64,000 nucleotides of DNA from Lytechinus pictus (lineage: Eukaryota). Position 1 is the stretch's first letter. Each line of letters begins with the position of its first letter. The translations under genes and the position numbers were made by a program. The notes below the pieces were generated by a model. The model was not told the origin of the DNA and searched no databases. It saw nothing but the letters and a program-made list of their open reading frames with translations. Location: NCBI RefSeq assembly GCF_037042905.1, contig NC_087245.1, forward strand, positions 1,986,001-2,050,000. Reading direction: 5' to 3'. This document shows, piece after piece, positions 38,001-48,632 of this stretch.

Positions 38001-41000
38001 CATGCTTGAGACTATCTGTTTGTTAATCTTTAGGAATGAAAGTCACGTAACATCAATACCAAAGGTGGGTGGAGCAAGATAATAATTATATTCTTTAGAC
38101 TTAGGAATAGATATGACCTATCATATGTAATTTTTACAGCCTTCTAGTTTTACCAGTTCTAACTAAGCACTATACCTTAATGATGAAATACAAACAATTT
38201 GCAGTAAGTAGAAAAGACGATCATCCATTTTTATGATGGACATTTAGGATTTTTTTCAAATTAAAAGATCAAGTATTTTTTTAATCACATTATTCAACAA
38301 GTAATCATTTTAATTTCTTATATAAATTTTCTGTGACAATATCAAAATCTTAGAAAGCTGAAATATATCTACCATTCCTGGATTTGCTCTACACTATTAA
38401 CTATCCCATCAAAGATTCATTTTCAACTTAATGAATTGAAAACAGTTGGGTATTTCATGCCAAAACTCGGTTATCTAGCTCTTTTCAATATTGGTTTAAC
38501 TTTTAAAAAGACCCATTACAATTAGATAACATGAAAATATTGACATTTCTAGCAACATCTTTGGCAAATATTATTAGGTTATCTTTCATACCTCTGCATG
38601 TAATTCATAAGCTTAGTATTCCATCTCAGATCACCTAATCAACTGAAATAGGTACATAGTCCATGAAAGTAAATATTGATTAAGACGACAGAATGTCTCT
38701 GTTTATGACATTAAAATTATTACCCACATGAATACCATTTTATTGATTAATTGAGATTCACATTTATACCTTTAATAGAAATGTGGTCCATAAAACATGT
38801 TAAGTGACACTCCCAATTCCTGTAACAACCGAGTCCTCTCTCGGGGACTGTTGATTACAATGCCTTAGCCATTATGGTGACCACAATGGTAATAGAGCTC
38901 ACCACACTATCAAGGTTTCCATTGTAGTTGCCATAATGACATAGTTAACATAGTTGTAAATTCTTTATGAAACAGTTCCCGGGCATCGTATTTCAAAACA
39001 CTCTGTAGTCTCATTCATTAACTTTCTCCCGATAACTGAACATCCTTTTATCTGTACATACACATGTTTGCTTTCAAACCTAGAATTCCCTAAACACATT
39101 ATTACATGGTTCCTCACACCTATCCTTTTTTTTTCTTTTCTTTTTTTACAAGAGGGAGATGAGTGCACATCTCCTTCCATGAAAAAAAGGTCAGCATCAT
39201 GTTATAAACTAGACAGAAGAAGGTGTTTCATGCAGATACAAAGAGCCAATACCATGATGGGACACATGGGATTGGACATAAATTATCATGAGATCTACGT
39301 ATCTCATGTCTTAATGTTTAATGCTTTGATTTTCCTGATTTTCTTTTCCTATAATACTATTCTGCTCCTGTTTGGGTGTACGCATTATGAACAAAGGCCC
39401 AGTCACACCAGGACTCCTGACGGTACCAGACCAACCACCATTGTATTATTTGCAATGACTTACCATAGGTGCCGTGGCCGAGTGGTCTAAAGGCCACCGC
39501 ACACCTTACGACCCGACTGGTCGGCGACTGGCTTGCGACTGATTGAGGGAAGATGTGACGTCACGGCTCTTGTCAGCTTGTGCGTCGCAGACCAGTCAGA
39601 GACAAGTCGCAAGGAAAATCGGAAGGATTTGACATGTCGAATCCTTATGACTGGATCGCAAGCTCAATCCAACTTCCAGCCAATCAGACAGTAGAGTTGC
39701 ACGACGCGTATATGATAAACAACGCGCATACGCAGTAGTAAGCGCACTTTCTCAGTTGCTATGCCAAAAAGCAAAAAGCGCATGCGTGAGTCGCAGATCG
39801 GATCGCAAGGTGTGCGGTGTTGAGGCTTATGACTACCTTGCGATTCATTTCCCCTCACCCAGTCGCAAGCCAGTCGCCGACCAGTCGGGTCGTAAGGTGT
39901 GCGGTGGCCTTAAGGCGCCTGACTATACATGGTCTGTATAGGCAAAAGAGTTTCTTTTTCATTTGTACTCTCTGACCTCCAGGGGAGTGTTTCATTAATA
40001 TTTCTTTCCCGACAAGATTTCAGATCTGACAGTTTTCCTTGATTTTGGTTGGCTGAAAAGCACAGTTCCTATGGTAACTGTCAGATAAAACATCTGTCAA
40101 GTCTTTTCCTGAAACGCACCCCACATGAATTCAAGTTTAGTTTGAACTTGTTTTTCTCTGCCTTTTTGGTTCTGTTGCCACTAATGTAGTCTCTGTGATG
40201 ATTGCAGTCTTTCAGAGGGAGCAACATTTATATATATTTTTACCATACACTTTCGTCTTCACGATCCCCGGCCGCGATCCCCGGCCGCGGCACCTATGCC
40301 CGTGAGCAAGGTATTTAATCGACAATGCTCTTTTATCCTGCATTCAAATAAATGAAAATGCTATAAGCATTATTGGTAATTAGGTATGCACTTGTTTAAA
40401 AAAAAAAAAAAATCTGCTCCTGTTTGGGTGTATGCCTTATGAACAAAGTCACAGTCACACCAGGACTCCAGACGGTACCAGACCAACCACCATTGTATTA
40501 TTTGCAATGACTCACCATTGTGTGATTTGGAATCTGTTTCACTGGTGTGTCTAAAGCATGACAATGCTTGAGCAAAATTACAATGAGGTGTAACTTACGG
40601 CAGGGAAGACTGGAAGTGGGTTTAAGTAGGTGCCAAAGCCGATGCCGCCGTGGGACATAGAACTGCGATTAGATTTCTTTGCTGTCTCCTGTGCCTCTTG
40701 GAACATGGTGTAAACTTCTTCATACTTCTCTTTTGTCTCAATCAACTAGAAGATTACAAATACAATGAAAATGAAGTAATGAAATTACTGTTGGAATAAT
40801 CTTAAAATGACAAATAGGATAAAAAGGTGGAAAATAGCACATAAAGATAAATAACACAAATTTGCGGTGAACAGCTTCAGTATGTCTAGAGTTTACAGAT
40901 TGGGGTGAAAGTTGTAATGAGCTTTCATATAAACTTATTCTTATATTTTAGAAAGTCAGATCCAAGTATAAAGAACAAAGTAACTGACATTAGATCAAAT

Positions 41001-44000
41001 ACTTGTTCTTCTTCCCAGTAGCGTAGGAGGAATGTGGAGCTGAATGACACAATAAAAAAGGACCTACAACTTTATATCCTTTCTTTAATCAACACCTCAT
41101 AATACCAACAGGCACAGGCAATGCTTCTTCTGTAGCACTAGATTAGCAACCAAAATTCTGCCCTTTTATGAGTAAACTCACTGTGAAGGGGTGATTCCAG
41201 AAAGTATGTTCGTCTAACCCCTATAAGAAATATTGTCCTCTTTTGTGGTTTATACAAAAAGCCATACTGCTATCAATCAAGGACTGACCAGTTTACGAAG
41301 TGAGATAAAAATCAAAATATATGGGCATGGACTTACAAAATGGTTGATTATTTTATGGAATCACCTATTACTAGTATGCACAACCTGCTGGACTATAACA
41401 ATGAAATAAATATCATATTTAAAAAATGACATGGGCTTCCTTACATCTTTGACTAGGTCTTGCTGTGCTTCTTTCGAAGCTGTAAGATGCCTGCTCATCT
41501 CCTCATTCTCAACTGATAACTAGAAGAAAGTGAAAGAAAAAGATAAATATTGAACATTCATAAATTCATCAAGCAGTTGGATTAATAGAGATAACAGGAA
41601 AAAACTGACAAAAACGAGACAAACATAAATACATTACCCCTCCCCCAATTTTTAGATCCTCTTTTAATTACTACTGTAGCTTTTTCTGAGGTGGATAAAA
41701 AATACTTGTGCATTTTCATTAAAAAAAAAACTGCAATAGACATTTCAAGCAATTGATAATCAACAATTCAATTATCTAATTGCAATCAGCTAATACAATT
41801 TTTTTACAATGAATTATATCAGAATTTTGCCTCCTATGAAAAATGCAATGTCTCCTTTATAAAAATCAAAATTATAGGATTCTCTATAAAGAGTATAATC
41901 CTTTTGATAACTCTTTTAACATTTATCAGTCATTTGGACAGCAATTTTGATGAAGTATATTGACTGACCTTTTTGACCTTATGTTGTAGATCTACAAGTT
42001 GAGCTAAGAGGGAGGTAATCTCTTCTTGTTGTCTCATATTCTCTTCAAATTTCTTACTCAGCTCATCTGTAAGAATCTCACAAGTCCCACGGGAATCCCC
42101 TGAAAGAAACCATCAACACTCATTTATCTTCATTTTATAAAAGGAGAATATTATGCTAGAAAACAGTTTACAAGTATTATACAAATCAAAGAATCAGATT
42201 GATGAAAATTTGATTAATAGAAAAGATTATACGAGTATTTGAATGTTGATATTTCTAAGTGCTATGGAAATCCTCCCATTCATTTTTTTTCTACACTTGT
42301 TATGAGTTTTAAAAATGTAGGAAATGTGAGAAAATATAGTTGATAAAACTGAAAGAAAAACTTTGGTACATATTTGAGGTGGCTCAGAAAGATTGGAGTT
42401 TAAAATTCATTTTCTTTCACGCTATTGCATATCCCATAATTGCTTTACACATATATTTCTCTACTATTACTATACCCTTCAAAATATATCTTAATTGATG
42501 CCACAAGTGGCAATGAAAATGACAGTGGTAGTATTTGCTTCTTACATGTCAAGTTACTCAATAACATTATCACATTCTCACTATTTTTTTAGATACACTT
42601 TTTATAAGTTTACAATGTAGTGCTTGAAAGATTTCTTTTTTTCCTTCTCTTTATACTCCAATCAAATTTTTGTAGATGTATTACTCTTGGTGGTAATGAC
42701 ATTAACCTTGGTCGGCAAAAAAAATATATAATTGCACTATTTACAGCTTGGTTGAAGGCAACAAAACTATCACCCCTTGGTTTGAATGTTTGACATTTGT
42801 CCTGAGAATCAAGTGGATAAACCACTAAACCAGAATATCTCTATTTTTCCAAATTAAAAAAACCCTGACTAGGCAGATTTTCATGAACAGCCAACTTTCC
42901 AACTGCACTAACATTTGCTTGAAGCCTGGGATACCAACAAGCAGGTATTGATATTAACAAGTGAGTCAACATGAGCCATTTCACTGATTAGGAAAAAAAA
43001 AACTTTGCGAGTGAAATGAGAGCACCATGATGGATCACAAACTATCAAATATTCACATAGTTACTTCCATCAATTAAGTGCTCCTCTCGGACACAGGAGG
43101 GCAATCTTCTTCCTGACTTTAACACTTCATCCATAAGCAAGGATATCATTTGATTTTCATGATTTTATCAATTTACCAAACTATTGAGGTGTTGTAAAAT
43201 AAAAACAGTGAATCATTTTTTTTTAATTGTGACATGGTAAAAAAATTCACATCTCGTGTAACAGAAGATTTCTATTCAAAAAAGGGAAACCAAGTTACAT
43301 TGATCCATATCTCTTACTCCTCATGCTAAAATCTCATTTCTATCCTTGATTTTTGCATATAAGGTAAAAGTAAATATGGACAAAAACCCCTCAAAATTCA
43401 AAATTATGTCATTAAGCCTTTGGCTGCGAATTGAATTCTATTAAAATGAATGCCATTTATCTATCTATCTTTACCCTTGAATGGTGATAGTACTTACTTA
43501 GCTGTCTAAAGCAATCTCTAACAAGTTCTTCTTCTTTCTCTTCAATGTTTGAGGTTGTGGTACGGAGCTCAGCAGTCTCTATCCTAAGATGAAGATTCTC
43601 CTCTTCAAGATTCTTAATCTTCTTCTGAAGGTTGTCAATGTTGATGTATTTAGATTGGATACTCCCCTTCCCCTTTTCATTCCTGTAGCAATAAACAATA
43701 TAGTAAATAAATTAGTACACAGAATTATTCTTGATAGTGCTACATGTATACTTTCTTTTGAACATAGATGTCTTTAAACAATACTTTAGAGACACCAACA
43801 AATTAATAAGTAAAATCAAAAGCAACCTGCAGTTTTATGATTCACAATTAAATACTTGGTGACAAATGATAAGGGCTATAAATAGACACATAATATTGAA
43901 CAGCAATAATTTAAAAAAGGCCATTTAATAAATAAGATTTTTTTTAAACAAATTCATTGAAAACTATTTCTTTTTCTTTGCCATGACCAGAATCTGATAT

Positions 44001-46734
44001 GATTTGAAATCTCTTCTGAAACTTTAAAGATATCAAGCAGAAAAAATTATCAACTGCTCTGTATAGGCAAAAGAGTTTCTTTTTCATCTGTACTCTCTGA
44101 CCTCCAGGGGAGCGTTTCATTAATATTTCTTTCCCGACAAGATTTCAGATCTGACAGTTTTCCTTGATTTTGGTTTCCTAAAAAGCACAGTTCCTATGGT
44201 AACTGTCAGATAAAACATCTGTCAAGTCTTTTCCTGAAACGCACCCCACATGAATTCAAGTTTAGTTTGAACTTGTTTTCTCTGCCTTTTTGGTTCTGTT
44301 GCCACTAACGTAGTTAGTAACATTCAATATTTCTTAGTACCATACACTTTCATCTTCAGAGTCACTAAGTTTTTCAGAGGGAGCAACATTCAATATTTCT
44401 TACCATACACCATACATCTCAGAGTCACTATATTTTTTTAGAGAGAGCAATATTCAATATTTCTTACCATATACTTTCATCTTCAGAGTCACTTTGATCC
44501 ACATCATTGGTATAGATATTGAGTAGTTCATCTTTCAATTTCAAGTCATGTCGGAATTGGGTATTCTAAGGATCAAAAAATAAAAACAAGTGAATGCATG
44601 AATTCACTAAAACCCCAAATCAAAGCTTATCTTGCATGTGCACAATTTATATTTTAAAATAATGTGACTTTTTTTGCCTTTTTTGGGCTTCATGCACATT
44701 AACTTTTTTAAATGTACACTCCATCCATCTTAGTGTACAGTATTCATTGCATTTGATTAAATTATTGGAACTTGAAAAAATAAGAATTGTGATATACACT
44801 GTATACTAGAATAATATTCTTTTGGCATATACTACAGACATCAAATGTGTTTCTTTATTTTTTTCTTCTTTATTTTGAGATAGAGAACATTACTGATAAT
44901 TTTTAGCTAAGATTCAATCAAATAAATACGCAAAAATTATCACTGTAAAGATTTCTTAGAAAAATTTATGAATGAAAAAGAAAATAATTCTCTCTCTGTA
45001 ATCTCAAATTTATAGATATCAATAAAAGAAATATGACAATAAAAATGCAAGGAGCGGTACTTCTTAATCTCTTTTTGAGTTCTTTAAAGAATAATAGTCA
45101 CATATCACCAACTAATGTGATCGATGTTCAAGGAGGTAAAAGTTCATGAATTATCGCTCGATCACATGCATGCTTCATTTATTCACGTGTCAAACCAGAG
45201 TGATCACATGATTAACATGACAAATATTCCATACGTGTTGATAATCGCCCAACTATCATCAGCCAATCACAATATTCTACAACTTAAGTGCAAATGTTGG
45301 CCCTCCCCATTTGCTCAAGAACATGACTTTTAGGCAGGACAGGGCAGCCAAAACTGACTTTACTTGGTAAATATTTTTGGGAGGTCAATATTATTTTTTG
45401 AAATATTTACACTGTAAACATTTTTATTAGATATTCTTTGTTGAAAATGCATTCAAGAAATGTTTTACCACTCAATAAAGATGCAGAATTGAAGATGAAA
45501 GTATTGTATTCACAGTGCTTTGTACTAAGGAATATGAAAACGGTCAAATCAAATTTGAGAAGCAAGAGAAACTTTTTTAAAAATGGAGGTTCTTACTTGA
45601 TCAGCGATGATCGTGAGTTGCTCTTCTGTTAATTCAATACGACCCTCAAGTTGCTTGTTCTGTTGAAGGAGAGATTGGCCAATCTTCGCTGCAAGCTCCA
45701 AATCCTTCTCTTTCTGTACTCAAAACATAACATAAAGAAAAATTATAATTGAAATACAAATGCTTTCACACCTCCCCCATAAAAAATACCCATAATCTAA
45801 GAGATATCATTCCAGGATTCAAAATACAATATACTTGTCCTTCAAAATTATTATGCATTCACACCACCCTGCACCACATCAGAAAAATAAAACTTTTGAA
45901 ACTTGCATGTAGCATGGCATCTGTATTTCTACAGAGAAAGTGAAAATGATCTCTTGTTGATGGAATGGTACCTGCTGATAACATGCTTTCATACTGCAAT
46001 GATCCCTTCAAAAGTCCAGAAATTTTACAAAGTGCCTGCTAGTTGATTGCATTTTCTCTCAAGTAAATATCAAGTATTGTGAGGTGGTGTGAAAACATCA
46101 AGTTGACATGTCAAATGCCTATTCCCTCACTCTCTGGCGACTTCATGAAATTAGCAGTTGGAAATCTAGTTAGCCAAGGCAGGTGCCCAATAAAAGTCAC
46201 AATACAGACAGTGAACAAACCTGCCTCAAGTGATAGTGAAGGGAACATGGCAGATGTTCTATTTGGTGAAAGCTACAGAAAATTTACAATGCAAGTTTAA
46301 CTTTCTAACTCACCAATAAGGTTTATCTTAAGCTGAACCTGCAAAATACAGCAGTTTGAATTGTAAACATTCATAATCACCATTGTAAGAATTCATTGGT
46401 TCAGATTTATTTTCTTTTCATTTGTTTGTTGTTGCTGCTATAAGCAATTCAAATGAATAAAATCAAAAGTGTCAAGATTACATTTTAACAGAAACTCTAC
46501 AGAGATGTTTGAGGATGCATCTGATTCTGAACACACAATTCATTAGACTGCTGTAATTTTTATTTTTGTGTAAGATATTCACATAATTATCATTAGGTAC
46601 CTATTAAGGGAATTTCTATGAAAGAATGATACTAAATGAGAGAATGAAATAACAAACCTCTTCCAGTAGTTTAGTAACTGCATCAATGTCATTGTAGGTC
46701 TTGGTCATCTGCACCACACGATCACCACATAATG
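24847..46734 (-). CDS. TRAK1: Trafficking kinesin-binding protein (TRAK1/2, Milton) homolog, 13 common coding exons
   Basis: HAP1_N motifs [41 protein letters not shown] and RQQEEITSLLAQLVDLQ; Milton motifs [56 protein letters not shown]; all junctions in phase. Confidence 0.93.
26436..26535 (-). CDS. TRAK1: TRAK-like exon ([21 protein letters not shown]...)
   Basis: ttttag/gtaag; resembles the TRAK STFTFTT motif. Confidence 0.88.
27176..27331 (-). CDS. TRAK1: TRAK-like exon ([13 protein letters not shown]...)
   Basis: atcag/gtaagt. Confidence 0.92.
27757..28683. mobile_element. Non-autonomous DNA transposon, hAT-like ends
   Basis: TIR CAGGGATGCCACT / AGTGGCATCCCTG; ATAAAT on both sides; ACGGA subterminal repeats; GC-richer interior. 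Confidence 0.75.
28746..29008 (-). CDS. TRAK1: TRAK-like exon ([19 protein letters not shown]..KPME)
   Basis: Long pyrimidine tract + cag; donor gtgggt. Confidence 0.92.
29293..33495 (-). repeat. 98-bp tandem array (42 full copies + parent exon end) built from a TRAK exon 3' end plus its splice donor
   Basis: Unit starts at 29293, 29391 ... 33409; (33409-29293)/98 = 42; unit matches the last ~78 nt of exon 33417-33599 plus gtaggtagaaaa. Confidence 0.97.
33417..33599 (-). CDS. TRAK1: TRAK-like exon (EYNKNVMKTVK...DSESINSSHG)
   Basis: ttcttcag/gtaggt; 183 nt, phase 2/2. Confidence 0.88.
33693..33820. mobile_element. Short MITE (GGGGAG..TCA / TGAAACACTCCCC ends)
   Basis: Imperfect TIRs; same end type as 39982-40122 and 44107-44247. 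Confidence 0.6.
34136..34363. mobile_element. Tc1/mariner-type MITE
   Basis: TA|CAGTGGTGCTCAAAAGTTAGTGAACCC ... GGGTTCACCAACTTTTGAGCACAACTG|TA. Confidence 0.85.
34497..34576 (-). CDS. TRAK1: TRAK-like exon (DSLAAELVDCVEQRLEK...)
   Basis: cttcag/gtattt; phase 0/2 bridges the neighbouring exons. Confidence 0.88.
35811..36037. mobile_element. Foldback-type element of inverted tandem GC-rich motifs
   Basis: GCCTTCCCGCA(C/T)AAAGGCC copies on the left, reverse-complement copies on the right. Confidence 0.7.
36956..37110 (+). mobile_element. tRNA-derived SINE
   Basis: A-box-like TTCAGTGGTAGAGC, B-box GGTTCGATCC, body and (TTA/TTG)n tail. Confidence 0.75.
37405..37575. mobile_element. Palindromic MITE
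   Basis: ~65-bp arms GTTTCATAGAGCTGTT..ACGACTGGTGATCCT / AGGATCACCAGTCGT..AACAGCTTTATGAAAC. Confidence 0.8.
39465..40412 (+). mobile_element. tRNA-derived SINE with poly(A) tail, interrupted by two insertions
   Basis: Head ATAGGTGCCGTGGCCGAGTGGTCTAAGGCG pairs with CGGCCGCGGCACCTAT; partial B-box CGATCC; A15 tail. Confidence 0.75.
39491..39910. mobile_element. PIF/Harbinger-type MITE inserted in the SINE head
   Basis: ~50-bp perfect TIR AGGCCACCGCACACCTTACGACCCG...; TAA duplicated on both sides. Confidence 0.9.
40599..40745 (-). CDS. TRAK1: TRAK-like exon (LIETKEKYEEV...PVFPA)
   Basis: tctag/gtaagt, 147 nt. Confidence 0.9.
41445..41519 (-). CDS. TRAK1: TRAK-like exon (LSVENEEMSRHL...)
   Basis: tctag/gtaag, 75 nt, coiled coil. 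Confidence 0.9.
41969..42099 (-). CDS. TRAK1: TRAK-like exon (..RQQEEITSLLAQLVDLQHKVKK)
   Basis: tttcag/gtcagt, HAP1_N motif. Confidence 0.92.
43498..43682 (-). CDS. TRAK1: TRAK-like exon (..LQKKIKNLEEENLHLR..DCFRQL)
   Basis: tacag/gtaagt. Confidence 0.92.
44107..44247. mobile_element. Short MITE (second copy at 39982-40122 inside a duplicated segment)
   Basis: TIR GGGGAGCGTTTCA / TGAAACGCACCCC. Confidence 0.7.
44319..44493 (-). repeat. ~63-bp tandem triplication of exon end + donor
   Basis: AGTGACTCTGA..GTATG|gtaagaaatattgaat present three times. Confidence 0.85.
44468..44565 (-). CDS. TRAK1: TRAK-like exon (NTQFRHDLKLKDELLNIYT..SDSEDESIW)
   Basis: cttag/gtaag. Confidence 0.9.
45597..45713 (-). 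CDS. TRAK1: TRAK-like exon ([16 protein letters not shown]...)
   Basis: tacag/gtaag. Confidence 0.93.
46658..46734 (-). CDS. TRAK1: TRAK-like exon ([25 protein letters not shown])
   Basis: tacag/gtttgt; phase-1 acceptor. Confidence 0.93.
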
Positions 46735-48088
46735 CTGTAATGAGAAAAAGTAAACCAAGAAATAATCATCAAATGTAATCTCAAAAGTGGTTTATGATAA
46801 AAGAATAATCTGAAATTTTAAAAGCTCATTTTTGATATTGGGGAATCCCAGGGAATAGAAAAGTGAAAGCATTAGAATGACATGTCTGATCCACTTGAAA
46901 AGAGGGAAAGGTGCAAACAAATTACAATTGATCCCAGAGGAGGATCCAGAATTTCAAAAGAGAGGGGCTCAAAGAGCAAATTTAAAATACTAGTAGTCAT
47001 GGCACAGATAACAATATTCTTAGATTAAGCTTTATTGATATGTTCAACGGGTGATTCTCAAAAAATAATTTTAGATCCTTATGATCACAGTTAGTCTGCA
47101 TCCTTCAGCAGAAAAAAAAATGCTAAGATGATTTCAATTGATCCATCAATTTCAAAATTGATATTAATAACTGTACTGTCACTATAGATGTTGTCTCTAT
47201 AAAGCATATTTCACCTGCCCCCCCCCCCCAAAAAAAAAGAAAAAAAAGAAGGAAACTACATATTAAAAGGCTATCATCCTCATAGGCTAACTATCATTCG
47301 TAATGAAGGACTCAATGTTATGTCCATAAACATCAATTGTGGTCCATTATAATAAAATAGGAGTTTTTCTGTTTATCAAATTACTAGTTGTTACGATTTT
47401 ATTCTTGGGGTGAGGAATTGATAGTCTCCTCATCCCTTTCATGATCTTTTCCAAATACACATTGGTATGATATTAAATGTTCATGGACTTTACTTTAAAT
47501 GTTTCCTGTTTTTCTGGAAGAGGTATGTCATCAACCTCCCAAAGAGGAAAGAAGGGAAATTCCTATTTCCATGTAGAAAACCCAGACCAGACAATGGTTG
47601 AAACCTGGTAAACAATTCTATTAGTGATAGACGTCACAGATATAATACATAGATCATTACCCATACATGAAATTACACGGTCCTTAAACACATTAGATGG
47701 CTTTATTTTTCCTAAAATTGTTTCTTCTGGCATTAGATTGGAAAAGATTGGTTTGTTTTTAAAAACTCACTGAATGTTTGTTATGTAATAAATCATTAGA
47801 GAATTGAGGATTCTCAAGAACATGCTTTGTGTGTATCATTTTATATTGACGATCCATTATTAATTAATGTTAGTCATTCTTTTGAACTGCTTGAACAGCT
47901 ACCATGCAAAAGTGTGTTTCTCTCTGTTCTGTACTGTAATATACTATACAAGGTTTTCCTGAAAGGGCCTTTCATCTGCATATATTCACATATTATTCTC
48001 CTGTAAAAAGTGTCATGTTGAGTGCAATTAATAAAACAACTGTTTCCGCTACATTATCACTTCCTCTTCCTACATGTAGTAGTGAACT

Positions 48089-48632
48089 CCCGGGGGGGGG
48101 GGGGCAATCAGTATATAATGCATAGTGGGTATGTGCCGCGGAGGGGACCCCCATTTTTACACTAAAATTTTCGTTCCAAGGCATAGCATTTTTGTCTTAT
48201 TGAGAAAAAGAACAAAGAAAGCCGCTCCAAGGCATAGCATTTCCTTCTTATCGAGAAAAATGAAGAAAGAAATCCGCTCCAAAGCTTCGCATATTTTTCG
48301 TTACGCCGTTCCGGTCGCATTGATGTGCTACAATTTTGGTGAAAAGCGGCCGTAGAGCGCTTTTCGACCATCGCCTAAAGCGCGAGCGCACCCGGCGGAG
48401 GCCGCGCTAGCTGCGTCATGCACGATTGCCCGTTCCATAGGGATGCATACGCACTCACAGAGATACGGAGATCCGTTCCGAGGACCCCCGTTTTCACAAA
48501 CATTTGTAGTTCCGAAGCCCGTTCCGAGGACCCTCCTTTTTACAATAAGCCCGCTCCAAGGCCCCCGTTTTTTGCCTCGCCCGCGGCACACCCCTACCAC
48601 TTTTTTGGTCGAGTGCCCCCCCCCCCCCCGGG
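48089..48632. mobile_element. Non-autonomous DNA transposon with CCCGGG(G)n TIRs and 8-bp TSD
   Basis: AGTGAACT|CCCGGGGG...CCCCCGGG|AGTGAACT; internal CCGCTCCAAGG/CCGTTCCGAGG repeats. Confidence 0.9.
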
